A stretch of 27,350 nucleotides of DNA from an archaeon (GCA_035289485.1 DATDXA010000047.1:1-27350), one strand, 5' to 3'; positions 1-7,123 are shown, counted from the stretch's first letter. Notes: generated by a model from the letters alone, not told the origin. Translations and numbers: made by a program.

Positions 1-576
1 TTGCTGCATCGCGCTAACCATTAATTTTGGCCGCAGTTCCAGATCATATTTGGCCTTATCGCCATTCACTTTGGCAAGTTGCGAAGCGGTTGCGGGCACC
101 AGAAGCTCGAACATGAATTTCTTTCCGATTTCGTGCGCAAATTCGCACGCTTCCTTAAGCCGCACAAGCTGCCTATTATTCAGCGCCTTATCGGCTTCAG
201 GGTTGTACCGCACCAGAACTTTCACAATTGTGGGGTCAATGCGCCTTATCTGCGCGCGAAAATCCTCCTCTTCAAAATTAAATTCATCCTGCCCGCTTTT
301 TTCAATCGGAGTGCAGGTCATAATTCCATTTGCTTTAGCTTCCTTAAGTATGTGCGAGCCGAACTGGTCATCAACAAGAACCGCAGCGGTCTCTTTAGGA
401 ACACCCATTTTCAGGCTTTCTAAGAATCCTTCATATACCATGTGCTTTAGTGAGGAGTACGCTTCAGATTCTTCATTAGTGGGCGCCCTTCCTTCAATCC
501 CATAGAGCTTTTTTAGAAGCGAAGTCTTGTGGTCAAATGGCAGCACAAGCAGGTCCTTTTCGTATCCGATTTCCAT
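1..576 (-). CDS. DUF2090 / IolC C-terminal-like class I aldolase-fold protein, 3' end outside window
   Basis: Not in the ORF track; translated manually from the ATG at 576: MEIGYEKDLLVLPFDHKTSLLKKLYG...LVDDQFG...PIEKSGQDEFNFE...VKVLVRYNPEAD...KFMFELLVP. The LPFDH, VDDQFG, EKSGQ, KVLVRYNP and FELLVP motifs match this family. SD-like GGGGGT lies upstream. Confidence 0.8.
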   Translation of the reverse strand, partial: MEIGYEKDLLVLPFDHKTSLLKKLYGIEGRAPTNEESEAYSSLKHMVYEGFLESLKMGVPKETAAVLVDDQFGSHILKEAKANGIMTCTPIEKSGQDEFNFEEEDFRAQIRRIDPTIVKVLVRYNPEADKALNNRQLVRLKEACEFAHEIGKKFMFELLVPATASQLAKVNGDKAKYDLELRPKLMVSAMQQ

Positions 577-686
577 CAATAATACCCCCAAATTGAAGAA
601 TGCTGAATGGATTAGGGGAATAATACTTATATTGCTTTTGCTAAACCGCAAACAAATAACAAGCCTTTCCGCCCTTGCTTTATGTT

Positions 687-1370
687 ATGCTTGCGGTGCT
701 TTTTTCGGGCGGAAAGGACTCCGTTTTCACGCTTTATTACTATCTGGAACAAGGGTGGGATGTGAAATGCCTTGTTTCATTAAAATCCGCAAACAAGGAC
801 AGCTATATGTTTCACACCCCCGCAATTGATATGGTAAAACTCCAATCCGAGGCGCTTGGAATTCCACTGATTCTTCATGAAACCAAGGGCGAGAAGGAGC
901 AGGAGCTCGAAGACCTCAAAGCCACGCTTGAAAACGCCAAGAAAAAGTACCAAATCACAGGGGTTGCAGTTGGAGCGCTGCTCTCTGATTACCAGCACGA
1001 GCGTGTGAACCGCATATGCCACTCGCTTGGGCTCAAATGCTTTGCTCCGCTCTGGCACAAGGCGCAGGAATCGCTGCTCCGTGAAATAATTTCACTTGGC
1101 TTTGATGTGCGCATTGTTGCAATCGCCGCGCAGGGGCTTTCGCGAGAAATGCTGGGCGCAAAGGTAGATGAAAAACTAATTGCGAAATTTTCCGAGCTGC
1201 ACAAAAAATACGGCTTCCATGTGGGCGGCGAGGGCGGGGAGTACGAGAGCCTTGTGGTTGATTGCCCGATTTTCAAAAAGCGCATTGAACTTAAGGAAAC
1301 CGAAAAAGAAATGACATCCGGGCAGAGCGGGAAACTGATTATTAAAAAAGCGGCCTTATTGGACAAATGA
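687..1370 (+). CDS. dph6: Diphthine--ammonia ligase (diphthamide synthase, PP-loop ATPase)
   Basis: PP-loop SGGKDS, SYMFH, GALLSDYQ, PLW and GEGGEYES motifs. Start placed at the ATG at 687 (MLAVLFSGGKDS). Confidence 0.9.
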   Translation: MLAVLFSGGKDSVFTLYYYLEQGWDVKCLVSLKSANKDSYMFHTPAIDMVKLQSEALGIPLILHETKGEKEQELEDLKATLENAKKKYQITGVAVGALLSDYQHERVNRICHSLGLKCFAPLWHKAQESLLREIISLGFDVRIVAIAAQGLSREMLGAKVDEKLIAKFSELHKKYGFHVGGEGGEYESLVVDCPIFKKRIELKETEKEMTSGQSGKLIIKKAALLDK

Positions 1371-2552
1371 CTTTTCACGCAGCTTCATTTTCCCTTCAAT
1401 TATCACATCGCTTACATTAAGCCCCTGCGCCGCGAACACTATATTTGAAACCACATCATTTACTGGCCGCAAATTCTCCTCAATATCAAGCGTTATGATA
1501 TCGGCCTTCATCCCTTCCGCAAGCGAGCCAATCCCCTCAAGCCCAAGGCACTGCGCTCCGCTGCGTGTTGCCATATCAAGAACCTGCTGCGCGCTCACCG
1601 CTTTCGCATCCCACTTGTGGTGCCTGTGAAGAAGAGCGCACATCTTCATCTCCTCAAACATGTCCAAATTATTGTTGCTTGCAACGCTGTCCGTTCCCAA
1701 GCCAACGGCAACATTTTCCAAGAGCATTTCATTTAGCGGCATCACTCCGCCAGAGGCGAGTTTCATGTTTGAAACAGGGTTATGTGAAACTTTCGTTCCA
1801 GATTTTGCAATCCTTTTGATTTCGCCTTTTGTAATCCAGATGCAGTGCACAAGAAGCGTTCTTGGGGAAAGAAACCCGATAGAATCGAGGTATTCAACCG
1901 CAAGCAGCTTCTTGGCTTTAAGGGTGTCAAATCGGTCCTTGCGGGTTTCGCCAACATGTATTCTTCGCAGCAATTCTTTTTCATCGCTGTACTCTATTAC
2001 CTTGCGAAGCGTTTGCTCATCACAGGCATACACCGAGTTTGCCGCAACCGCGCCCTTCACCAGTTCACTTTTCAATGCGGAAAGGAATTTTTTGGATTCC
2101 GCAAAAGTCTTCTCATCCCTTACTGTGGAAGAAATCACGCCGCGCATCCCTATTTCCTTGAATGCCTCAAGGCGCTCTTGCGGGAATTTATAAGAATCAT
2201 AAATCGTTGTAGTCCCTGTGCGGATGGCTTCGCGCAATCCATCAAGCGCGTTTTGTTTCACCTGCTTTGGCGTTAGTTTTCGCTCCTGCGCTTCAAGTTC
2301 AGTTAGCCAGCCAAATAATTCAAAATCATCGCATTTCCCGCGCAGCGATTGCATGCCAAGATGCGTGTGCGTGTTCACAATCCCGGGCATCACTATTTTT
2401 TGCGAGCAGTCAATTGCCTCTGCTCCGCGCGGCGCCTTGATGCTTTTGCCGATTTTTTCTATTGTGCCGCCGCTGACCAGCACATCAGTATTTTCAAGCA
2501 CCCTTCTTTTCTCATCCTGCGTAACAAGATACCTGCAGTTTTTTAGGAGCAT
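1356..2552 (-). CDS. Metal-dependent amidohydrolase, MTA/SAH deaminase (MtaD)-like
   Basis: PGIVNTHTH (HxH), HVGE, VHC, HNPVSNMKLASG, GLGTD and SNNNLDMFEEM motifs. Start placed at the ATG at 2552, about 30 nt after a TATAAAAA box. Substrate not certain. Confidence 0.85.
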   Translation of the reverse strand: MLLKNCRYLVTQDEKRRVLENTDVLVSGGTIEKIGKSIKAPRGAEAIDCSQKIVMPGIVNTHTHLGMQSLRGKCDDFELFGWLTELEAQERKLTPKQVKQNALDGLREAIRTGTTTIYDSYKFPQERLEAFKEIGMRGVISSTVRDEKTFAESKKFLSALKSELVKGAVAANSVYACDEQTLRKVIEYSDEKELLRRIHVGETRKDRFDTLKAKKLLAVEYLDSIGFLSPRTLLVHCIWITKGEIKRIAKSGTKVSHNPVSNMKLASGGVMPLNEMLLENVAVGLGTDSVASNNNLDMFEEMKMCALLHRHHKWDAKAVSAQQVLDMATRSGAQCLGLEGIGSLAEGMKADIITLDIEENLRPVNDVVSNIVFAAQGLNVSDVIIEGKMKLREKSFVQ

Positions 2553-2593
2553 AATTCCAGTTTCCTGCGGAGGTTTTTTATAGTAAATCAAAA

Positions 2594-2655
2594 GAATGCG
2601 GCCTATCCCATCACTTAGATGGGATAGCCGTCGCACCCAACAGCCGAAACTGTTG
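2594..2655 (-). repeat. Structured intergenic repeat element, copy 1
   Basis: Minus strand reads CAACAGT-TTCG-GCTGTTG GGTGCGAC GG CTATCCCATC-TAAGT-GATGGGATAG GCCGCATTC. Bases 2630-2655 are the exact reverse complement of 6029-6054. Confidence 0.85.
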
Positions 2656-2657
2656 TT

Positions 2658-3590
2658 TTATGGGCAATTATCGGAAACCGCCGGAGTTTGCGTGTAAATG
2701 CCTGTGGGGTAAGCTTCTGTAATTGTATTCGCATCAATTCCTTTTCCAATCCATCTAATTTTGCACTCCGCTCCTGTTTCGCACCCGCTGCAGGTATATT
2801 GCGTTCTGCAAATTTCAGATTCAATTGATGTTTCTGCCTTGCTTGCCGCGCTGCATGAATTTGAAACCGCATCAGTTACCGTGAATTCCTTTTCCGCGAG
2901 CGCGTAGCCGGCATCCTCTCCTTCCACCGTTATCTTTGCGGCATATTTCCCTGAAAATCCCGCAGTGAAATGCTCCGTTATTTTCCTCACGCTCCCGCTT
3001 TCAATCCTTTGGATATTCCCCGTGATTTCAACGCTTAAAACCCGGTTCTTTGTGCCGCCTTCGGTTTTTTCCTGGTAAATTCCAATCCTGTATTGCACGT
3101 TCTCCGCATTCAAAGAGCCGGTGTTTAGCACTTCAAAATCAATCTGTGCGCTCTCGCCTCGGCCAAATTTTTCATTCATAATTAAGCCATTAATTTCAAG
3201 CTGCGCCGGCTCATCGCCAAAATAAATGACGCAGTCATTGATGATTTCCTTTCGCACGCACCGAAAGTACGCCTGCACGAATGTGTCTTCATTGACCTTG
3301 AGAAGCCGCGGGCTTATGGTTATTTTTCCGCTATAGCAAGTGTCTGCGCTGCTGCACTCAAACCTCACATTTCTTGTGCCGCTATCAAGCCGCGCAGCGC
3401 TAAATCCCGTGTCGCTTGAGAGCTTTATGTCATATTTGTAGTTTTTCCCTATTGTGCCTTCCGCGTAATCGAGCCCTGTTTTGAATTGCGTTTCATTGCC
3501 CTGCGGCTCGCTAAAGAACCCGAGTATTATGTAAATAACCGCCATTGCAAACACTGCAAAAATTGCAAGCCGAAGAACTGAGCCTTCCAC
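2658..3590 (-). CDS. Membrane-anchored/secreted protein with CARDB-like Ig domain and Cys-rich segments
   Basis: N-terminal hydrophobic helix, FEVLNTGSLNA and GKYAAKITV Ig/CARDB-like strands, several Cys. GTG start with SD GGGTGA. Confidence 0.7.
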   Translation of the reverse strand: MEGSVLRLAIFAVFAMAVIYIILGFFSEPQGNETQFKTGLDYAEGTIGKNYKYDIKLSSDTGFSAARLDSGTRNVRFECSSADTCYSGKITISPRLLKVNEDTFVQAYFRCVRKEIINDCVIYFGDEPAQLEINGLIMNEKFGRGESAQIDFEVLNTGSLNAENVQYRIGIYQEKTEGGTKNRVLSVEITGNIQRIESGSVRKITEHFTAGFSGKYAAKITVEGEDAGYALAEKEFTVTDAVSNSCSAASKAETSIESEICRTQYTCSGCETGAECKIRWIGKGIDANTITEAYPTGIYTQTPAVSDNCP

Positions 3591-3740
3591 TTATCTCACC
3601 CTCAACGATTGCGACCGTTGGGACCGCGTAGTATCTCCTTGCGAACCTTTTTGTTCGCGAGGCCTCCCAGAACTCCGTTCTGGAAGGTCGCTTGGGCTCG
3701 ATACAACTGACTCACTTTGTTCGCATTCAATCAGTTTCAT
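3591..3740 (-). CDS. Putative 49-aa ORF running through structured element copy 2 (MKLIECEQSESVVSSPSDLPERSSGRPREQKGSQGDTTRSQRSQSLRVR)
   Basis: The ATG immediately follows the TAG of 3741-3992, and the TAA immediately precedes the GTG of 2658-3590. SD GGGTGA lies upstream. The product is low-complexity and translation is unproven. Confidence 0.35.
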   Translation of the reverse strand: MKLIECEQSESVVSSPSDLPERSSGRPREQKGSQGDTTRSQRSQSLRVR

Positions 3741-3752
3741 CTATCTCACCCT
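3592..3752. mobile_element. Structured insertion (3603-3741) flanked by 11-bp direct repeats; element copy 2, more divergent
   Basis: TATCTCACCCT at 3592-3602 and 3742-3752. Hairpins at 3603-3620, 3637-3662, 3663-3687 and 3705-3736, with closing helix GTATC/GATAC (3631-3635/3700-3704). Confidence 0.65.
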
Positions 3753-3992
3753 TCTGCCGGTTCTTGGTTTGAAAAGCGTGTGCACTTCCAGTTTCCAGAG
3801 CCATTTGAGCACTGCGCCAATTACAATCATCACAAGGAACACAACCCCCGCGCTTTCAAAATCGCCAAGGAAAAGAAAATAGTGCAGCTTGCCTTCAGAC
3901 CATACCTTGAAAAGCGTGTAAAAAAAGAGAATTGCAATAAACGCAGCCGATAGCAGGACAATTCGTTCTATCCAGATTCCAAGGCTTGCCAT
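3741..3992 (-). CDS. Small membrane protein (2 TM), unknown function
   Basis: 83 aa with two hydrophobic helices and a basic tail; co-oriented downstream of lig. Confidence 0.7.
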   Translation of the reverse strand: MASLGIWIERIVLLSAAFIAILFFYTLFKVWSEGKLHYFLFLGDFESAGVVFLVMIVIGAVLKWLWKLEVHTLFKPRTGRRVR

Positions 3993-4066
3993 AGCCTAGA
4001 TAATTCGCAACCTGATTATTATTCCTTCCCAAAAGCAGGATATCTCAAAAATTCAATTTACCTGTT

Positions 4067-5920
4067 TTATTGCTCTTCCGCTTCCCCTGCAATCTGTATA
4101 TTCACCTGCTTTTTATACATTGCAATAATTTCCTTAACCGTTGTGCTCTCCTCAGGTTTTTTCTCCCTGAATTTAATCATGCGCGGGAAACGAAGAGCAT
4201 AGCCCTGTCCCGAGCTTTTCCCTGCCGTGTGCAGCGGGCTTTTGGTTATTTCATCCGCAACAACTTCAATTACATGTCTTGGTTCAACCCACACATCGGG
4301 CTCGAGCTCAGAATCCACGCGCGGCGGCTTTTGCTTTCTCGCGTTTTTGCTCAGTTTCTCCTCAAGTTCGGAAAGAATCTGCTCAGTCATTCCCGTTCCT
4401 ATTTTTGTAATTGATTTGAACGAGTCGCTCTCCTCATCATAAACCGCGGTTAGCAGCCCTCCAAGGCCGAATTGGGTGCGTTTCCCGCGGCCCTTGTAAT
4501 ACCCGATGATTGTGAGGTCCACAGAATCATTGAGTTCGCCGCGGTAGCTTCTCTTTAGCTTAATCCACGCAAATTTTCTCGCCCCCGCAATGTATGGCGC
4601 ATTCAAATCCTTTGCAATTATTCCCTCAAGCCCGCTCTCGACATTTTCCAAAAAGAATTTCTCGATTTTTTTCGGGTCGTCTGTTTCAATGCTGCGCGTT
4701 AGTTCAATTGTTTCGCCCTTCGAAATCATTTTTGAAAGCCGCGCTCGCCTTTCCTTGAAGGGCTTAAGCATGATGTTTTCTCCGTCAATAAACATCACAT
4801 CGAATGCGAAAAGCTTGATTGGCAAATCCTGGGCCTTTTGCTCAATGTCATATTTCCTTTTCCTTGTCATCGTCACCTGGAACGGGAAATACTGCCCCGT
4901 GCCTTCATTGAATGCGAGGGCCTCACCTTCAAAAATCGCCTTTTTTGCCTTCACCTGCTCTTTGATTGCAGCAACAAGGTCCGGAAACATCGGCGTGATG
5001 TTTTCTGATTGCCTTGAAAAAATAGTTACTGCGCTTCCGTCCTTGTGGCACTGTACGCGCAGGCCGTCATATTTTGCCTCTACAGCGCACTTCCCAAGTT
5101 TCTCAACAATCTCTTCCGCGCGCGGCAGCCTCTCTGCAAGTGTTGGGCGGATAGGGGTGCCCGGCTCTATTTCGATTTTCTCAAGGCCTTCAAGCCCTTT
5201 CTTTTTGAGCCTTTGCGCGATTTCCCCCAAATCAGAAAATATATTGTATTTTTCCTCGATATGTGCGCGCAGTTTCTGCCTCGCTTTCCTATCAAACTCC
5301 TCCGCGCGCTTCTCCTCGTTTTTTTCCTTGAGCGCGCCTTCAATTTCTTTTTTTATTTTTTTGTTCTTGAGAAATTCCGAAACATAATTAACCGCGAGCG
5401 AATCCATAATGGTTGGGTCCCCGATTCCAAGGCGCATGTTTCCGAGCGGGATTCTTGTGATGAATTTCGCCTCGGCTTCAGAGGAGCTGTTTATCAGCTC
5501 CGCAAACAACTTAAGTTTCGAATCCTGGCTTCCTGTCCCTTCAGTTTGCGCAATCTTCAAAAAATTAGAAAACACTTTTGTGATTGTGAGTTTTCCAGAA
5601 AAGAGCGCGCTCTGCTTTTTTCCTTTCGCAAGGGCTTGCGCAACTTCTCCGAGGTCGCCAATTTCTTTATATTTTTTGAGAACTTCTTCTTTTGAGTATC
5701 CTGTGGCTTTTGCAATTCCCTGTTCAATTAGCCCCTCGCCCATTCCGGATTCAATGGATTGGTGCTTTGTTCCAAGCATTCCCTGCGAGAGATAAATCGC
5801 CTGCTTTATTTCATCTGCGGGCATTTTGGATAGCATTTCTGCAAGTATTGCGGTCATTTCAAGGCGCGATGAAACCTTTTCTATGCGGTCAAAGTACCCT
5901 GCGAGTTCGGAAAAGTCCAT
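4067..5920 (-). CDS. lig: ATP-dependent DNA ligase (archaeal type)
   Basis: Motif I EAKYDGLR, EGEA, FDVM, EGIIAK, WIKLK, DLTIIG and ALRFPR motifs. N-terminal DNA-binding domain contains PIP-like QSALF. Confidence 0.97.
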   Translation of the reverse strand: MDFSELAGYFDRIEKVSSRLEMTAILAEMLSKMPADEIKQAIYLSQGMLGTKHQSIESGMGEGLIEQGIAKATGYSKEEVLKKYKEIGDLGEVAQALAKGKKQSALFSGKLTITKVFSNFLKIAQTEGTGSQDSKLKLFAELINSSSEAEAKFITRIPLGNMRLGIGDPTIMDSLAVNYVSEFLKNKKIKKEIEGALKEKNEEKRAEEFDRKARQKLRAHIEEKYNIFSDLGEIAQRLKKKGLEGLEKIEIEPGTPIRPTLAERLPRAEEIVEKLGKCAVEAKYDGLRVQCHKDGSAVTIFSRQSENITPMFPDLVAAIKEQVKAKKAIFEGEALAFNEGTGQYFPFQVTMTRKRKYDIEQKAQDLPIKLFAFDVMFIDGENIMLKPFKERRARLSKMISKGETIELTRSIETDDPKKIEKFFLENVESGLEGIIAKDLNAPYIAGARKFAWIKLKRSYRGELNDSVDLTIIGYYKGRGKRTQFGLGGLLTAVYDEESDSFKSITKIGTGMTEQILSELEEKLSKNARKQKPPRVDSELEPDVWVEPRHVIEVVADEITKSPLHTAGKSSGQGYALRFPRMIKFREKKPEESTTVKEIIAMYKKQVNIQIAGEAEEQ

Positions 5921-5976
5921 GATTTACAATTGCGTGATTTATGTTAAAATAAGTTGTTTTTCGCTCGTTTGACGCT

Positions 5977-5984
5977 TTTAAAAG
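5977..5984 (+). promoter_or_regulatory. Probable TATA box of the tRNA-Pro(TGG) transcription unit
   Basis: TTTAAAAG lies 35 nt before the duplicated tRNA 5' end at 6012. The same motif lies 38 nt before tRNA-Pro(GGG) (11960 vs 11998). Confidence 0.5.
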
Positions 5985-6008
5985 AATTCCCTCACAAAAA
6001 TCCCTAGC

Positions 6009-6118
6009 AATGGGGTTATGGTATGTCCCAACAGTTTCGGCTGTTGGGTGCGACTGTCCCGTCTTTGACGGGACGTGGCTTCGCATGCCTTGCCCATAAA
6101 GAGTAATGGGGTTATGGT
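6009..6118 (+). mobile_element. Structured insertion (6023-6104) flanked by 14-bp direct repeats that include the tRNA-Pro 5' end; element copy 3
   Basis: AATGGGGTTATGGT at 6009-6022 and 6105-6118. Hairpins CCCAACAGT-TTCG-GCTGTTGGG (6027-6048) and GTCCCGTC-TTT-GACGGGAC (6056-6074). TGCGA/TCGCA closing helix. Confidence 0.75.
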
Positions 6119-6182
6119 GTAGCCTGGTCTAGCATACAAGCTTTGGGAGCTTGCGACTCCGGTTCAAATCCGGGTAACCCCA
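6108..6182 (+). tRNA. tRNA-Pro(TGG)
   Basis: Acceptor GGGGTTA/TAACCCC, anticodon arm CAAGC-TT-TGG-GA-GCTTG, T-loop TTCAAAT, discriminator A. No intron and no encoded CCA. Confidence 0.97.
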
Positions 6183-6183
6183 C

Positions 6184-6879
6184 TTATTTTTCCTTAAGCG
6201 AGCTGTGGGCTTCCCTTATAAGTTCCTTAAGGGTTGTGTAGGTTTTTTCAGCGTCCTTCTCATCGACCAAAAAGTGCAAATCTGGGGGAGTTGTTATGAC
6301 CTCAATACTAATGCCCTTCTTTGCAAGTTCGCGCGTGATTTCTGCAATCACTCCATAAACAGAATACGATGATGCCGAGAGCCTGAATGTCACAAGCGCG
6401 CTGTCGCTTAGAGAAAATAGCATCTCATCTTGCAGTTCTCCAAAGATGCTCTCAAGCCTCTGCTTTTTGGTTATCACCATGGCCTGCTCTGCTCCCTGTA
6501 TGAAAATGCGCAGCTCACCAACATTCCACTCGCTGCTCGCAAAGAGTTTTTCAAGGCGTGATACCACCTTGTCGCTTTTTTTGAAGTGGGCGTATGCCAT
6601 GTTGTCCTGAAGGCTCAGTTCGGCGTTCGCAAACATTTCCAGAATGCTCTTGTCCGGCTTGATTTCCCCGAGTTCATCGGCGTAGCGCTTGATTGCAACA
6701 ACGAGCGATTCCTCATTGATTTTCTTGTTCATTTTCTTAAGGATTGTTGGCATGATTTTTCTTGCAAGTGCCGAGTAGTTTATCACGCCCTCGCCAAGTG
6801 AATTTTTCACATGCGGGGTTGAATTTATCTGTTTTCTGACAAGCTCGGAAAGTGAGCTTTGTTTTTCCCCCTCAAACAT
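6184..6879 (-). CDS. ACT-domain protein with N-terminal helical/HTH-like domain, putative ligand-sensing regulator
   Basis: N-terminal GVINYSALARKI...VVAIKRY motif. C-terminal aspartokinase-type ACT repeat (GVIAEITRELAKKGISIEVIT...LHFLVDEKD). Minus-strand TATA TTTTTATACA at 6901-6910, so apparently leaderless. Confidence 0.8.
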   Translation of the reverse strand: MFEGEKQSSLSELVRKQINSTPHVKNSLGEGVINYSALARKIMPTILKKMNKKINEESLVVAIKRYADELGEIKPDKSILEMFANAELSLQDNMAYAHFKKSDKVVSRLEKLFASSEWNVGELRIFIQGAEQAMVITKKQRLESIFGELQDEMLFSLSDSALVTFRLSASSYSVYGVIAEITRELAKKGISIEVITTPPDLHFLVDEKDAEKTYTTLKELIREAHSSLKEK

Positions 6880-6890
6880 TAAAAGATAAA

Positions 6891-7094
6891 AATTACAAAA
6901 TGTATAAAAACCGGCATGTTTTTGGTCAATTTATTGATTTTTCGCCATTTTTTGGTCATTTTGTAATTATTTTAGGCTTTTCACGCGTGTTAATTGGCTA
7001 TGGAACATTCCACTTATTTTTCCGTTAAAACGCCTTTAATCGCCCAGAAAAGCCGTTTTAAGCCTGTTTTTTGGTCGCCAGCCTTTTAAAAGGC
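6891..7094. promoter_or_regulatory. Divergent promoter region with inverted and direct repeats
   Basis: 12-bp perfect inverted repeat AATTACAAAATG (6891-6902) / CATTTTGTAATT (6957-6968). TTTTTGGTC at 6919-6927, 6949-6957 and 7068-7076. Palindrome GCCTTTTAAAAGGC (7081-7094) contains a TATA-like core. Confidence 0.6.
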
Positions 7095-7123
7095 GGGGCT
7101 GTTATGCTTTCAGGTGGTTGAAC

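Noticed and set aside
50..505. Plus-strand ORFs 50-505 and 79-423, and similar antisense ORFs such as 4590-5387, 5045-5695 and 12940-13461
   Set aside because: These are shadow frames opposite well-supported genes, with no recognisable motifs.
1356..1370. 15-bp convergent overlap of dph6 and the amidohydrolase
   Set aside because: This is common in compact archaeal genomes.
2553..2636. N-terminal extension of the amidohydrolase through repeat copy 1
   Set aside because: Family similarity starts at MLLKNC (2552), with a well-spaced TATA box upstream.
5889..6086. 65-aa minus-strand ORF across repeat copy 3
   Set aside because: It overlaps the lig start in another frame and crosses the promoter region, with no SD or protein-like features.
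2594..6104. CRISPR array or simple intrinsic terminators
   Set aside because: There is no regular repeat-spacer periodicity and no cas genes. Copy 3 lies between divergent promoters and copy 2 lies inside an apparent operon, so termination alone does not explain them.
6012..6182. tRNA intron or split tRNA explanation for the 6023-6104 insert
   Set aside because: The tRNA is complete and uninterrupted at 6108-6182. The upstream piece is a duplication, and I could not identify a bulge-helix-bulge motif.
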